Shown here one piece after another: positions 28,819 to 36,659 of a stretch of DNA of 64,000 nucleotides. The position numbers and the translations under genes are program-made. Source of the DNA: a virus; IMG/VR virus record IMGVR_UViG_3300016471_001132, positions 64,001 through 128,000 of that record. One strand, written 5' to 3'. Below the pieces are notes generated by a model. The model saw only the letters and a program-made list of their open reading frames with translations, ran no database searches and had not been told where the DNA came from. The number at the start of each line of letters is the position of its first letter. Positions within the stretch are counted from its first letter, which is position 1.

Positions 28819-29100
28819 TTACCACCACAACATGGCTCTACCAAAGCCAAAAATATTGATTATGGCAAAGTACACGGTGAGTAGCATGATCCAGGCACTG
28901 CCGCGACGGTAGCTGGCATACACTTGGCAAATGGCACCCACAAAAAATCCCGGGTACACCAATCGCATGTCTGGATCATCTGCATGCATAGCAAGGTAAA
29001 GGCTAGCGGCCACAGTAAACAAGAAGCTAACCATCTCAAACACAAAGGCTATGCGATCGGAATGGAAACTGGCACTCCAGAAATCTCTTATCTTTTGCAT
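28819..29100 (-). CDS. Small 3-TM membrane protein (half-PnuC-like)
   Basis: Three TMs; alignable by eye with 59571..59867. Confidence 0.6.
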   Translation of the reverse strand: MQKIRDFWSASFHSDRIAFVFEMVSFLFTVAASLYLAMHADDPDMRLVYPGFFVGAICQVYASYRRGSAWIMLLTVYFAIINIFGFGRAMLWW

Positions 29101-29342
29101 CAGTCAGCGTGTATGTGTCGCTTGTTCCAGCAATCCCAGATGGTGACTTGCTGCCAATCTCCGGACCAATTCATCTGGAAATGGCTTAGTGTACGATGTT
29201 CAAATATCTTCATGCGGTTGGTCTCGATGGTCACTTGCACATTGGCTGTCTTAGCCCAGGCACGCAAGTTTTGTTCCGCGTTGCGTTCTCGTACGATCAC
29301 GATGTAAAGGGGCTCGGCGGCCCGAAAATTGCTGATGGTCAT
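29100..29342 (-). CDS. Hypothetical protein
   Basis: 80-aa coupled ORF. Confidence 0.5.
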   Translation of the reverse strand: MTISNFRAAEPLYIVIVRERNAEQNLRAWAKTANVQVTIETNRMKIFEHRTLSHFQMNWSGDWQQVTIWDCWNKRHIHAD

Positions 29343-29623
29343 TAATGTAAGGTGACACCATCGGGCGTGTGCCGTGGTGATTTCTTTTCCTGTTTGGCAG
29401 TGTGCTGTTTAGTGGTTTTGTCTCTTTGTGCCAGCATGGCACGGAATTCCTCATCCAAGGCAAAGAATTCTTGATCGTGTGTACGAGCTCGCACTTCGGT
29501 GACCCCGACCAGGCGCATGATATGGCCGATGCACACCTGCTGATAGCCTCGGCGATACATGATCTCGCAGATGTCTATGATTAGGTCCTGCACCGCGGCT
29601 TCAAGGTCTTTGTCGTCCAGCAT
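29342..29623 (-). CDS. Hypothetical protein
   Basis: TAAATA 29628-29633, 4 nt before the ATG. Confidence 0.55.
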   Translation of the reverse strand: MLDDKDLEAAVQDLIIDICEIMYRRGYQQVCIGHIMRLVGVTEVRARTHDQEFFALDEEFRAMLAQRDKTTKQHTAKQEKKSPRHTPDGVTLH

Positions 29624-29650
29624 TTGGTATTTAAGCCAATTGGCACGGCC

Positions 29651-29680
29651 AACAAAAAAGGCTACCCGGAGGTAGCCTTT
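29651..29680 (-). terminator. Intrinsic terminator
   Basis: AAAGGCTACC-CGGA-GGTAGCCTTT 10-bp stem with a U6 tail on the minus strand. Confidence 0.9.
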
Positions 29681-29734
29681 GACTTGAGAGACTTACAGTC
29701 TGGGCCTACACCCAGCGTCCTGCTCTCTGCGGGT

Positions 29735-30058
29735 TTACGCCTCGACCCGGGCCTTGGCAGCGACCTTGGCGGGCTTGACAGCCACCTTGATCTCGGCCTT
29801 TTTAGCGACCTTGGTCTTCTCGGCCAGTTTATTGGCCACCGCATATCCTGCGTCGCCCTCGGTGATGCCCAGAGTCTGCAGATGCTGCAAGGCCTCGAGT
29901 TTGGTCATCGGACGGGGTAGTTCTACCAAGTTAATGTTGGTGCAACCTGACTTGGTCAGGATCTTGACGCGAGCGACCATGTCGTTGGCGAAACGAGCTT
30001 TGGTCACGCCGTTCTGGGTTGCGGTGCCTGCTACGGTAAAGAGTTTTTCAGTTGCCAT
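29735..30058 (-). CDS. Small basic protein with Lys/Ala-rich tail (probably abundant, nucleic-acid binding)
   Basis: Own sigma70 promoter, GAAAGG SD, terminator; strongly biased codons; KVAKKAEIK..KPAKVAAKA tail. Confidence 0.65.
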   Translation of the reverse strand: MATEKLFTVAGTATQNGVTKARFANDMVARVKILTKSGCTNINLVELPRPMTKLEALQHLQTLGITEGDAGYAVANKLAEKTKVAKKAEIKVAVKPAKVAAKARVEA

Positions 30059-30139
30059 GATGTAGTTGCCTTTCAAATTGCCTAAAGTTGAAGTTAAGAA
30101 CTGCTATTTCGAAATATGCCAATTTCTTAGCATACTCAT

Positions 30140-30168
30140 ATTATAGCAAAAAGGGATTTAATGGTCAA
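30140..30168 (-). promoter_or_regulatory. sigma70 early promoter
   Basis: TTGACC-N17-TATAAT with TG extension. Confidence 0.85.
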
Positions 30169-30478
30169 CCTCTTTTTGCTGTTTGGATTTGCCCTTTTTA
30201 CCCCCCATGCTTGCAGGGGCTTGGAACCTACCCAAATTCTGTTGGAGTTCCTGTACCTGCTTCCGCGCGGCCCAGGCTTCTTTGTTGTACTCTTCAAATC
30301 GTTCGAAACAGCGTTCAAACCGTCGCTGGTACACCTTTTGGTAAGCCCGCAGTGCCTCTACTGCCTCGTGGATTTCCATGCGACCATTTTCCAAGTCGTC
30401 TAAGATCTCATCGATGTCTTCTACAACATTCCAGCATCGCAGGATGTGCTGTTCAAGATCGAATGCCAGTTCACTCAT
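30158..30478 (-). CDS. Coiled-coil hypothetical protein
   Basis: FDLEQ.IL.CW.VVED, a typical T4-like small gene. Confidence 0.55.
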   Translation of the reverse strand: MSELAFDLEQHILRCWNVVEDIDEILDDLENGRMEIHEAVEALRAYQKVYQRRFERCFERFEEYNKEAWAARKQVQELQQNLGRFQAPASMGGKKGKSKQQKEVDH

Positions 30479-30603
30479 CGCGCTAACTCCTGAGATTTCT
30501 CTTTAACCACAGTGACACCGCTGTCTAACAAGCGGGCTACCCCAGAGAATCCAATGGTGGCAACCACGATACCCAAAACAAAACCCAAGATAAACTTACT
30601 CAT
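30475..30603 (-). CDS. 42-aa single-TM micro-protein
   Basis: Hand translation MSKFILGFVLGIVVATIGFSGVARLLDSGV...; SD GGAG; ATGA coupling. Confidence 0.6.
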   Translation of the reverse strand: MSKFILGFVLGIVVATIGFSGVARLLDSGVTVVKEKSQELAR

Positions 30604-30708
30604 TGTTGCTCTCCTTCATCAGTCGTTTTAACAAGTCAGCGATCTCATGCCGTTCATAGATGTTGAGATGATCCTTTTTCAACACAGCCCAGATCAGATA
30701 TTCTATGG

Positions 30709-31044
30709 TCATACTATGGCCCGGTCTTGATAAACGAATCTATCGCTGTAGAACCGGAGTCCCAATCTGCGTACGGTATCGGCCATCTGTTGTGGAGCAG
30801 ATTCAAACGCCGATCTGAGATCATCCTTGGTGATGCCTTCCTCGGCCTGCAAGATGTAGATCTCGTAATGCCGTTGTGGATTGGCCTGGGCCCGCATCCT
30901 CCAATGCTGGAGATTGGTCAATTTGTAGGGAGGATTTTGGATGCCTTTGAGCATGGCCCAAGCTCGTTCCTGTTCACACTCAGTGACATCGATCACGGCT
31001 TCGAGTCCATCGCAGTCCCACATCAAGGCAAAGGTATGGCTCAT
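30709..31044 (-). CDS. Hypothetical protein
   Basis: ATGA overlap with the upstream stop. Confidence 0.55.
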   Translation of the reverse strand: MSHTFALMWDCDGLEAVIDVTECEQERAWAMLKGIQNPPYKLTNLQHWRMRAQANPQRHYEIYILQAEEGITKDDLRSAFESAPQQMADTVRRLGLRFYSDRFVYQDRAIV

Positions 31045-31769
31045 GCCACTCTCACTCGATTGAGTTGCGTGGAGTTTTCGCGATGTGCTTTCACGGTGCC
31101 ACGGATGCGGCACTGGTGGCCGTTTGACAATCTCTCGCGAAAACTGAAGAACACAGCCTGTTTGGAGGGAGTGACTGCGGTGATGAAGTACACACCATAG
31201 TTCTGGCTGTACACAGATTTCACAACGGTGATCTCTAGGTCCACTTTGTCGCCGACGGGAGCCACGGGCTCGTTGCGGATGCCCTCCATGGCTGCCTCTA
31301 GTTGCACAGCCTCTTCGTAACTCTTGATCTGGCTGGGCACCAGGGCCAACTCATAACGGGTGTTCCACTCGTCAAAGTCTTCCAGGGTGACCATGCGCTG
31401 GCAGGCAGTTTCGAATTCGCTCATGGGCGTGCCTTTGAGTGTGCTCATCAGGAGTTTTTTGCCCAGCCAGTCTCGGGCTCGAGCACCCAAGTCACGATCT
31501 TGCTCGGTGATCATGCTGGCATCGTCCAAGGCCTGCTTCATGACATCGCGATTCCTGCGTCGCAGGACGGTTTCGGTCCAGAGACCTTGATCGTCTCGGG
31601 CATACTCATGATCTTTGAGATACTCTCCACCATTGACCCTATAGGCCGTGGCGGCCGCGGCCCAAACGGTATCCGCAGTCCAGGCCACTGGACGCTCGGG
31701 TGCCCGTGGTTTTCGAGAGTTATTCACCTGAGCCGAAATGCTGTATTTGGATCGGTATCTGCTGTACAT
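31041..31769 (-). CDS. Early protein with C-terminal OB-fold-like domain
   Basis: GDKVDLEITV...GTVKAH...TQLNRV; promoter 31800-31828. Confidence 0.6.
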   Translation of the reverse strand: MYSRYRSKYSISAQVNNSRKPRAPERPVAWTADTVWAAAATAYRVNGGEYLKDHEYARDDQGLWTETVLRRRNRDVMKQALDDASMITEQDRDLGARARDWLGKKLLMSTLKGTPMSEFETACQRMVTLEDFDEWNTRYELALVPSQIKSYEEAVQLEAAMEGIRNEPVAPVGDKVDLEITVVKSVYSQNYGVYFITAVTPSKQAVFFSFRERLSNGHQCRIRGTVKAHRENSTQLNRVRVA

Positions 31770-31799
31770 ATCTGCTCCAATATTTCACTGTATGCCTAA

Positions 31800-31828
31800 A
31801 TTATAGCAAATGGGCAAATATTGGTCAA
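31800..31828 (-). promoter_or_regulatory. sigma70 early promoter
   Basis: TTGACC-N17-TATAAT. Confidence 0.85.
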
Positions 31829-31847
31829 CCTGCTTGAATCGCTGTGG

Positions 31848-32405
31848 TTAGCGACCACTGACCAAATGTTGGAAATATGCATAATGATCTTGCAGGGTCC
31901 AAGCATCTGGATCCACTACACGACCGTCGTAAGTCTCAAACTGGGCATCAAACACCTGCATATATCTCCGGAATGGCCGCCACACATCAGGAGTATGGCT
32001 GGCCCACCCTGCTTCTTTGAGAGCATGATGTTTGACACGGCTCAGTGTAACGGTAGGGCAATTCAATGCCTCGTCGATGGTGAGAACCCCCGCGATCATC
32101 ATGTCTCGGATCCTGGCTGCCGGGATCAAATGCTCAAAATCGGCACTGGCATCCACGCCCACTTCTCTATAATGTGCGCCTATATTCTCTTTGATAGCAT
32201 AGCCGTGATAGCGGCGTAAAAGATTGTCCATGTCATCACGCACCAGTCGCAGGGTCTGCTGGTCGTTGGTGCTGTTGCGATAGATCTTCAAGATCTCGGC
32301 CAACCTACCCGAACAGTAGCGGTAAGTGGCACGATAACTTTCTGAGTTCCTGGGTGTGCGACCATACACCGGCGGCACGAAGTTTTCGATCAATGTCCGA
32401 TCCAT
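31848..32405 (-). CDS. Putative HNH-like nuclease (EHxxP motif)
   Basis: DFEHLIP motif; overlaps the stop codon of the ParB/DGQHR gene. Confidence 0.45.
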   Translation of the reverse strand: MDRTLIENFVPPVYGRTPRNSESYRATYRYCSGRLAEILKIYRNSTNDQQTLRLVRDDMDNLLRRYHGYAIKENIGAHYREVGVDASADFEHLIPAARIRDMMIAGVLTIDEALNCPTVTLSRVKHHALKEAGWASHTPDVWRPFRRYMQVFDAQFETYDGRVVDPDAWTLQDHYAYFQHLVSGR

Positions 32406-33442
32406 TAAAACAGTCCCAGGGCGATCACGCCCTCTTCGATGCCCATCTTGGATCCGTCGCCGTGATAAGGCAAGTTCAATTTACCACCTTTGACTTTGTG
32501 TACTTCACGCAAGAAATTCGCCATGGCTGTGGGCGCGGTCCAAGTAGCACCGTCTCCTTTGTAGAACGCCCATTGTGCTCGGCCCTTGGCATGTACTATG
32601 GCACTGTCTGACCATACACCGCTGATGCTTTTGAGCAGAGTGTCCATCCAATCTTCAGGAAGGATCAACCCAGCTGTTCCAGCTAGGCGTCGTAGCTCAT
32701 ACAGTCCGATGAACACACCTTGATCGATTTCTTCGTTCTTGGGAAAGTTGTTGCGGATGGCTTGCAGGATGCGATATAGCACCTTGCCCGATACATCAGC
32801 ATCGATGGCTTTCTGCGCATACTTGAAATGACTGAAGAAATACGGGTTGTCGCCTCGCAGTGCCTCACTCTTGCGGGTGTTTTTGTCTTCGAGATCTATG
32901 CCCAAGGCGTCAAATTGTTCCTGCATGTTCCATGCTTTGACATTTTTGATTTCTCGGCTACCATTGCGATAGCGCACCAGAGCGTTGCGATGCAAATCGC
33001 CAGGACCCAGGCGTTTGACGCCAGTGTCATTCAGCATCTCAAATGCGTAGGAAGGAAAATTGGGATCGTCGGTTTCTACCACAGCACAGGGTATGTCGGT
33101 GTAGCCCAGAATGGTGGCGGCCAGGGTACGATGCTGTCCGTCGTAGGTGTCAATGGTATCACGGCCAGTGACTTGGCAGGCCGACACTGGCGAGCAGATG
33201 CGTGGGTCCCACTTTTTCATGATCCGCATGACATGTTTGTGGATGACATCTCGCTGTACTTCGTAATCGATCCACAATGCATCGATCCGAGCCATGGTGC
33301 TTTCGGGAAAACTCTGTGGGAGGTTATGAGCTCGATGCCGCCATGAATCCAGTTCGCGATCTGTGACTTCGAATTCTCGTTTGATAGTGGCTTCTACTTC
33401 TTGTGCCACATCCGTGAGTTTGCGTGTTAGGCGTTTAGCCAT
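32405..33442 (-). CDS. ParB/Srx-like DGQHR-domain protein
   Basis: IDTYDGQHRTLAA...IPCAVV; GAAAGG SD; promoter 33494-33522. Confidence 0.75.
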   Translation of the reverse strand: MAKRLTRKLTDVAQEVEATIKREFEVTDRELDSWRHRAHNLPQSFPESTMARIDALWIDYEVQRDVIHKHVMRIMKKWDPRICSPVSACQVTGRDTIDTYDGQHRTLAATILGYTDIPCAVVETDDPNFPSYAFEMLNDTGVKRLGPGDLHRNALVRYRNGSREIKNVKAWNMQEQFDALGIDLEDKNTRKSEALRGDNPYFFSHFKYAQKAIDADVSGKVLYRILQAIRNNFPKNEEIDQGVFIGLYELRRLAGTAGLILPEDWMDTLLKSISGVWSDSAIVHAKGRAQWAFYKGDGATWTAPTAMANFLREVHKVKGGKLNLPYHGDGSKMGIEEGVIALGLF

Positions 33443-33493
33443 GATTTTCCTTTCGTTGCCCGACACAATGCGGGATCTAGTTACTAGGCTTTT

Positions 33494-33522
33494 ATTGTAT
33501 TACAATTTGAGTTTCTGGTCAA
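33494..33522 (-). promoter_or_regulatory. sigma70 early promoter
   Basis: TTGACC-N17-TACAAT. Confidence 0.8.
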
Positions 33523-33545
33523 CCTCGTGGTTAGTGCCCACTAAC

Positions 33546-34796
33546 TTAGGATTTTTGGAAAATCCATAGATCTTCAAAGTTGCCACCGCGGGTTTTTTTG
33601 GCTTGGCGACTGCCTCCCATGGCGCTCCATTGCACCCTGTAATGATCTGTTGGTGTGAGATATAGTGCGGCACGATCTCGCATGTCTTGACTGATGGTGG
33701 TCATGACTTTGTGCTTGTTGACATAGTTGCTGATGACGAAGCCAAACTTGGCCCCAGGGCGCATGACTTCTCTGCACAATTTCACAGTCTCTTCCCAGTA
33801 GCCCGTGAGCCAGTGTTGATAATCAGGAAAGTTGGTAAAGCTCTGATCTTCACTGTCGTAGATCTCAAGATCATAGTAGGGAGGACTGAACAGCACAGCG
33901 TCAACTTGATCTTTGTACCGATCAATGAATTGATGCCGTTGTTGCAGTTGCTCGCTGGGACATAGATAGAGATCTATCTGCTTGTCTTGGATCTCAAATA
34001 GATTACCGCTTCGCCACTGCTGAAATTCTTGGTGCAACAAGTGACCATTGTCTACCACAGACGGTATGACATCAGTGGCTATGAACCGCTGGAAATCACT
34101 GCTGTAGAATGCAGTCTGATAACTGTTCCATCCCATGACCGGCGCGAACAAAGTCTCACCGGTGAATACTTCTCTCAGGATCTCCCGATAAGTGGCCGGA
34201 TTGAAAGTGCTGGGGCGATTGGCTCCCATCATGAATGCACGCCAAAAATCTCCGCTGTCCCCATCATAACGACAGATCTGATCGAAGAACGCTGGCCCTA
34301 CCAAGCTGTTGCGTATCTTGAATTCTTCCAACATCACGCGGAGCAAGCCAAACACATACTCGCTGTCAGTGCTCCAGAGCTTTTTTGTGTTGTAATAGTT
34401 TTCAAAGTTGATGTTCTTACAGATGCGACCATATTTGGCGTTGGCACGGCCACCGAACACACCATCCTGCAGGATGTCTGTGTCAGGAATGTCGAAATAA
34501 AAAGGCACTGGATTGGGCAATGCGCCCTGCGAACTGAACCACTGCCGCAATGATTTGTCTCGATCGGTGACTAGGATCTCATAGAGTTTCTGTTTGAACA
34601 ATGGCAGTTTTTGTCCGCGTTGGTCTTTCTTGGCCACTCGCGCGATAAAGCTGTCAAGATCCTGCCTGACCTTGAATGTGCCTGACCTATCTGTGACATC
34701 TAGGATCTGTATGCTGTCGCAGAACTCTTGGAAGGTGGGGTTGGGGAGATTAAACAATGACAAAAAGTCTTGTTCAGTGAACACCAGGGATTTCAT
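33546..34796 (-). CDS. Amino-DNA methyltransferase (N4-C / N6-A type)
   Basis: Motif I variant FAPVMGWNS, motif IV FSPPYYDLEIY, MRPGAKFG; TAAATA 34801-34806. Confidence 0.8.
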   Translation of the reverse strand: MKSLVFTEQDFLSLFNLPNPTFQEFCDSIQILDVTDRSGTFKVRQDLDSFIARVAKKDQRGQKLPLFKQKLYEILVTDRDKSLRQWFSSQGALPNPVPFYFDIPDTDILQDGVFGGRANAKYGRICKNINFENYYNTKKLWSTDSEYVFGLLRVMLEEFKIRNSLVGPAFFDQICRYDGDSGDFWRAFMMGANRPSTFNPATYREILREVFTGETLFAPVMGWNSYQTAFYSSDFQRFIATDVIPSVVDNGHLLHQEFQQWRSGNLFEIQDKQIDLYLCPSEQLQQRHQFIDRYKDQVDAVLFSPPYYDLEIYDSEDQSFTNFPDYQHWLTGYWEETVKLCREVMRPGAKFGFVISNYVNKHKVMTTISQDMRDRAALYLTPTDHYRVQWSAMGGSRQAKKTRGGNFEDLWIFQKS

Positions 34797-34803
34797 CACG
34801 TAT

Positions 34804-35358
34804 TTATACCCGGTATACTTGGCAACCGTTGATTATCAAGTGTTCGTGTGCCGGCAGTGTGGCCAGATCTTTTTCTTCGACCAGGATGGCATCATGATTG
34901 GGCTTGCCTCGATCGATCCAACGCTGCCTACGGGCCATCAAACAGCCTTGTACCAGTTGGATGCCTGCATTAGAAGTCACATCCCACAATCTCACTAGGT
35001 GCAAGTTGTCTTTTCGACGAACAGCGAAGATGTATCTGTCATACTGCAGTTTGCCCTGGGCATGGAATTGGAAACCAGCGCGGCCCACAGTGCCTTTTTT
35101 GGCTGGTTTGACCGTGGCGCATTTCTGCTCAATCGCCACGCCGCCGCTCATGGCATCCTCTCCATTGCGATGGAAGTTGGTATTGTAGTCAGGGTCGTAT
35201 TGGCTGACTATTTCCCAGATGCTCAACGAACTCAGTGTGTCATTGGCCAGGATGTCAATTTCATGAGCAGTCCAAACCGAGTTGTGCTCGGCGAAGATAC
35301 GGTCCCGGGTCTGGATGAGGTCTTGTATGGCTTGTTTAGATAGGTATTTTCCTGACAT
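34804..35358 (-). CDS. Putative PD-(D/E)XK restriction-endonuclease-like protein
   Basis: G-E-D-A...I-E-Q-K core; adjacent to the methyltransferase; promoter 35365-35393. Confidence 0.55.
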   Translation of the reverse strand: MSGKYLSKQAIQDLIQTRDRIFAEHNSVWTAHEIDILANDTLSSLSIWEIVSQYDPDYNTNFHRNGEDAMSGGVAIEQKCATVKPAKKGTVGRAGFQFHAQGKLQYDRYIFAVRRKDNLHLVRLWDVTSNAGIQLVQGCLMARRQRWIDRGKPNHDAILVEEKDLATLPAHEHLIINGCQVYRV

Positions 35359-35364
35359 TCTACG

Positions 35365-35393
35365 ATTATATCACAATTGCATTATTGTGTCAA
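35365..35393 (-). promoter_or_regulatory. sigma70 promoter, leaderless geometry
   Basis: TTGACA-N17-TATAAT; ATG 7 nt past the -10 box. Confidence 0.85.
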
Positions 35394-35395
35394 GA

Positions 35396-35710
35396 TCACC
35401 TAAAGAATATCAGGGCCATAAGGCTGCTTTGCAAGATAAATCCGCCGGCTATGGTCACTATCTGGAGGAAGTTCCTCTGCACACAGGCCTGTGCGAATAA
35501 GGCAGTGAGGCCGGCCCAGACCAGCAGCACCAGATCCACTGTAGGCATGCGATCGCTGAGCCCTGTCAGCACAGCCAACAAAGTGGGTATGGTAGCCGAG
35601 TGTATCAACAGCACTGCCAACCATCCCAGTGTCTCGGAAGAGACCGGTGCCATGTGGGCCTGCAACCAATCTAGGATTTTCTTGACATCCATATCTTTGA
35701 TCTGCATCAT
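35396..35710 (-). CDS. Small multi-TM membrane protein
   Basis: 3 hydrophobic helices; ATGA-coupled to the SleB-like gene. Confidence 0.55.
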   Translation of the reverse strand: MMQIKDMDVKKILDWLQAHMAPVSSETLGWLAVLLIHSATIPTLLAVLTGLSDRMPTVDLVLLVWAGLTALFAQACVQRNFLQIVTIAGGFILQSSLMALIFFR

Positions 35711-36252
35711 GCGTCCTTGTAAAAAATGTGTCGACCGATTTTGGCCACTCGGACCTTTTTCCACTGAGGTGGATTGATGTAATCGGCATGGAAGTACATG
35801 GCCTCTTTGAGAGCGGGCAGTCGGAAGCCTTCTAACAACACCATCTTGGCTGCTTCGTAACTTTCATCCCAGAGTTTTTGATGTACAGGCCTGGTTTTAT
35901 GGATGTCTTCACACAACCAGGAAAACTGGCATATGACCTTGTTGTAAACGATGTTTTTCTGATAGATGACCTTGCAAGGATCGTCAGCGAACTGCCCGCT
36001 TTCCACCCGATTCAACACTACCTGTGCCACAGCCAGTTTGCCTTCGGCAGGCTCACCACCGGCTTCATAGTAGATATTTTTGGTCATGCAGTACAACTGC
36101 CGCTCACGATCTTTGACCGTGACAAATTGATACGGTACTGCGTCTTTTTTGATCCTGAGATCACGGAGCTTGTCATTGGTGACCAAGCTCACAGTGGCCA
36201 AGCCAGTCAAGGCAGCCAATGCGAAAATAATATGTCGCATATATTTTACCAT
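35707..36252 (-). CDS. Cell wall hydrolase, SleB / Hydrolase_2 family
   Basis: CMTKNIYYEAGGE...AVAQVVLNRV...CQFSW...YFHADY...IGRHIFY; AAGGAGG SD. Confidence 0.9.
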   Translation of the reverse strand: MVKYMRHIIFALAALTGLATVSLVTNDKLRDLRIKKDAVPYQFVTVKDRERQLYCMTKNIYYEAGGEPAEGKLAVAQVVLNRVESGQFADDPCKVIYQKNIVYNKVICQFSWLCEDIHKTRPVHQKLWDESYEAAKMVLLEGFRLPALKEAMYFHADYINPPQWKKVRVAKIGRHIFYKDA

Positions 36253-36407
36253 GGTAAATCCTCCTTTGGTGTAATGCACGATACTCTGTGCACCAACGGC
36301 CCGAAAATATAGCAAAAGCCGCTGTGATCTCTTTCGAGATGTAGTTTTATATAGTCTGTCTTGGAAGTATAATAAACTGAGTTTATGTAGTCGACCACTA
36401 AGGATAA

Positions 36408-36647
36408 CTAGCCCCACTTGAGAGAGAAGGCACAACAATCTTTCTCGCTGTCGAAGTAGAATATGTATCGCCCAGGACGCTGATCATTTGACATTTCTAT
36501 CATCTGCCAGCGCCAGTCTTGTTCCAGTTCAGATTTGCACCAGTCGAGGATTGGCTCTAAACCGCCCCAGGGCTTGGATATCTCTCGGGCACAGGCAAAA
36601 CTGTCTTTGTTCCTGGCGTGCGTTGTTTGAACCCCATCAAACAGCAT
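36408..36647 (-). CDS. Small hypothetical protein (same family as 23355, 43144)
   Basis: W-C...YIFYFDSEKDCCAFSLKWG. Confidence 0.55.
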   Translation of the reverse strand: MLFDGVQTTHARNKDSFACAREISKPWGGLEPILDWCKSELEQDWRWQMIEMSNDQRPGRYIFYFDSEKDCCAFSLKWG

Positions 36648-36659
36648 GATCGGATATGA

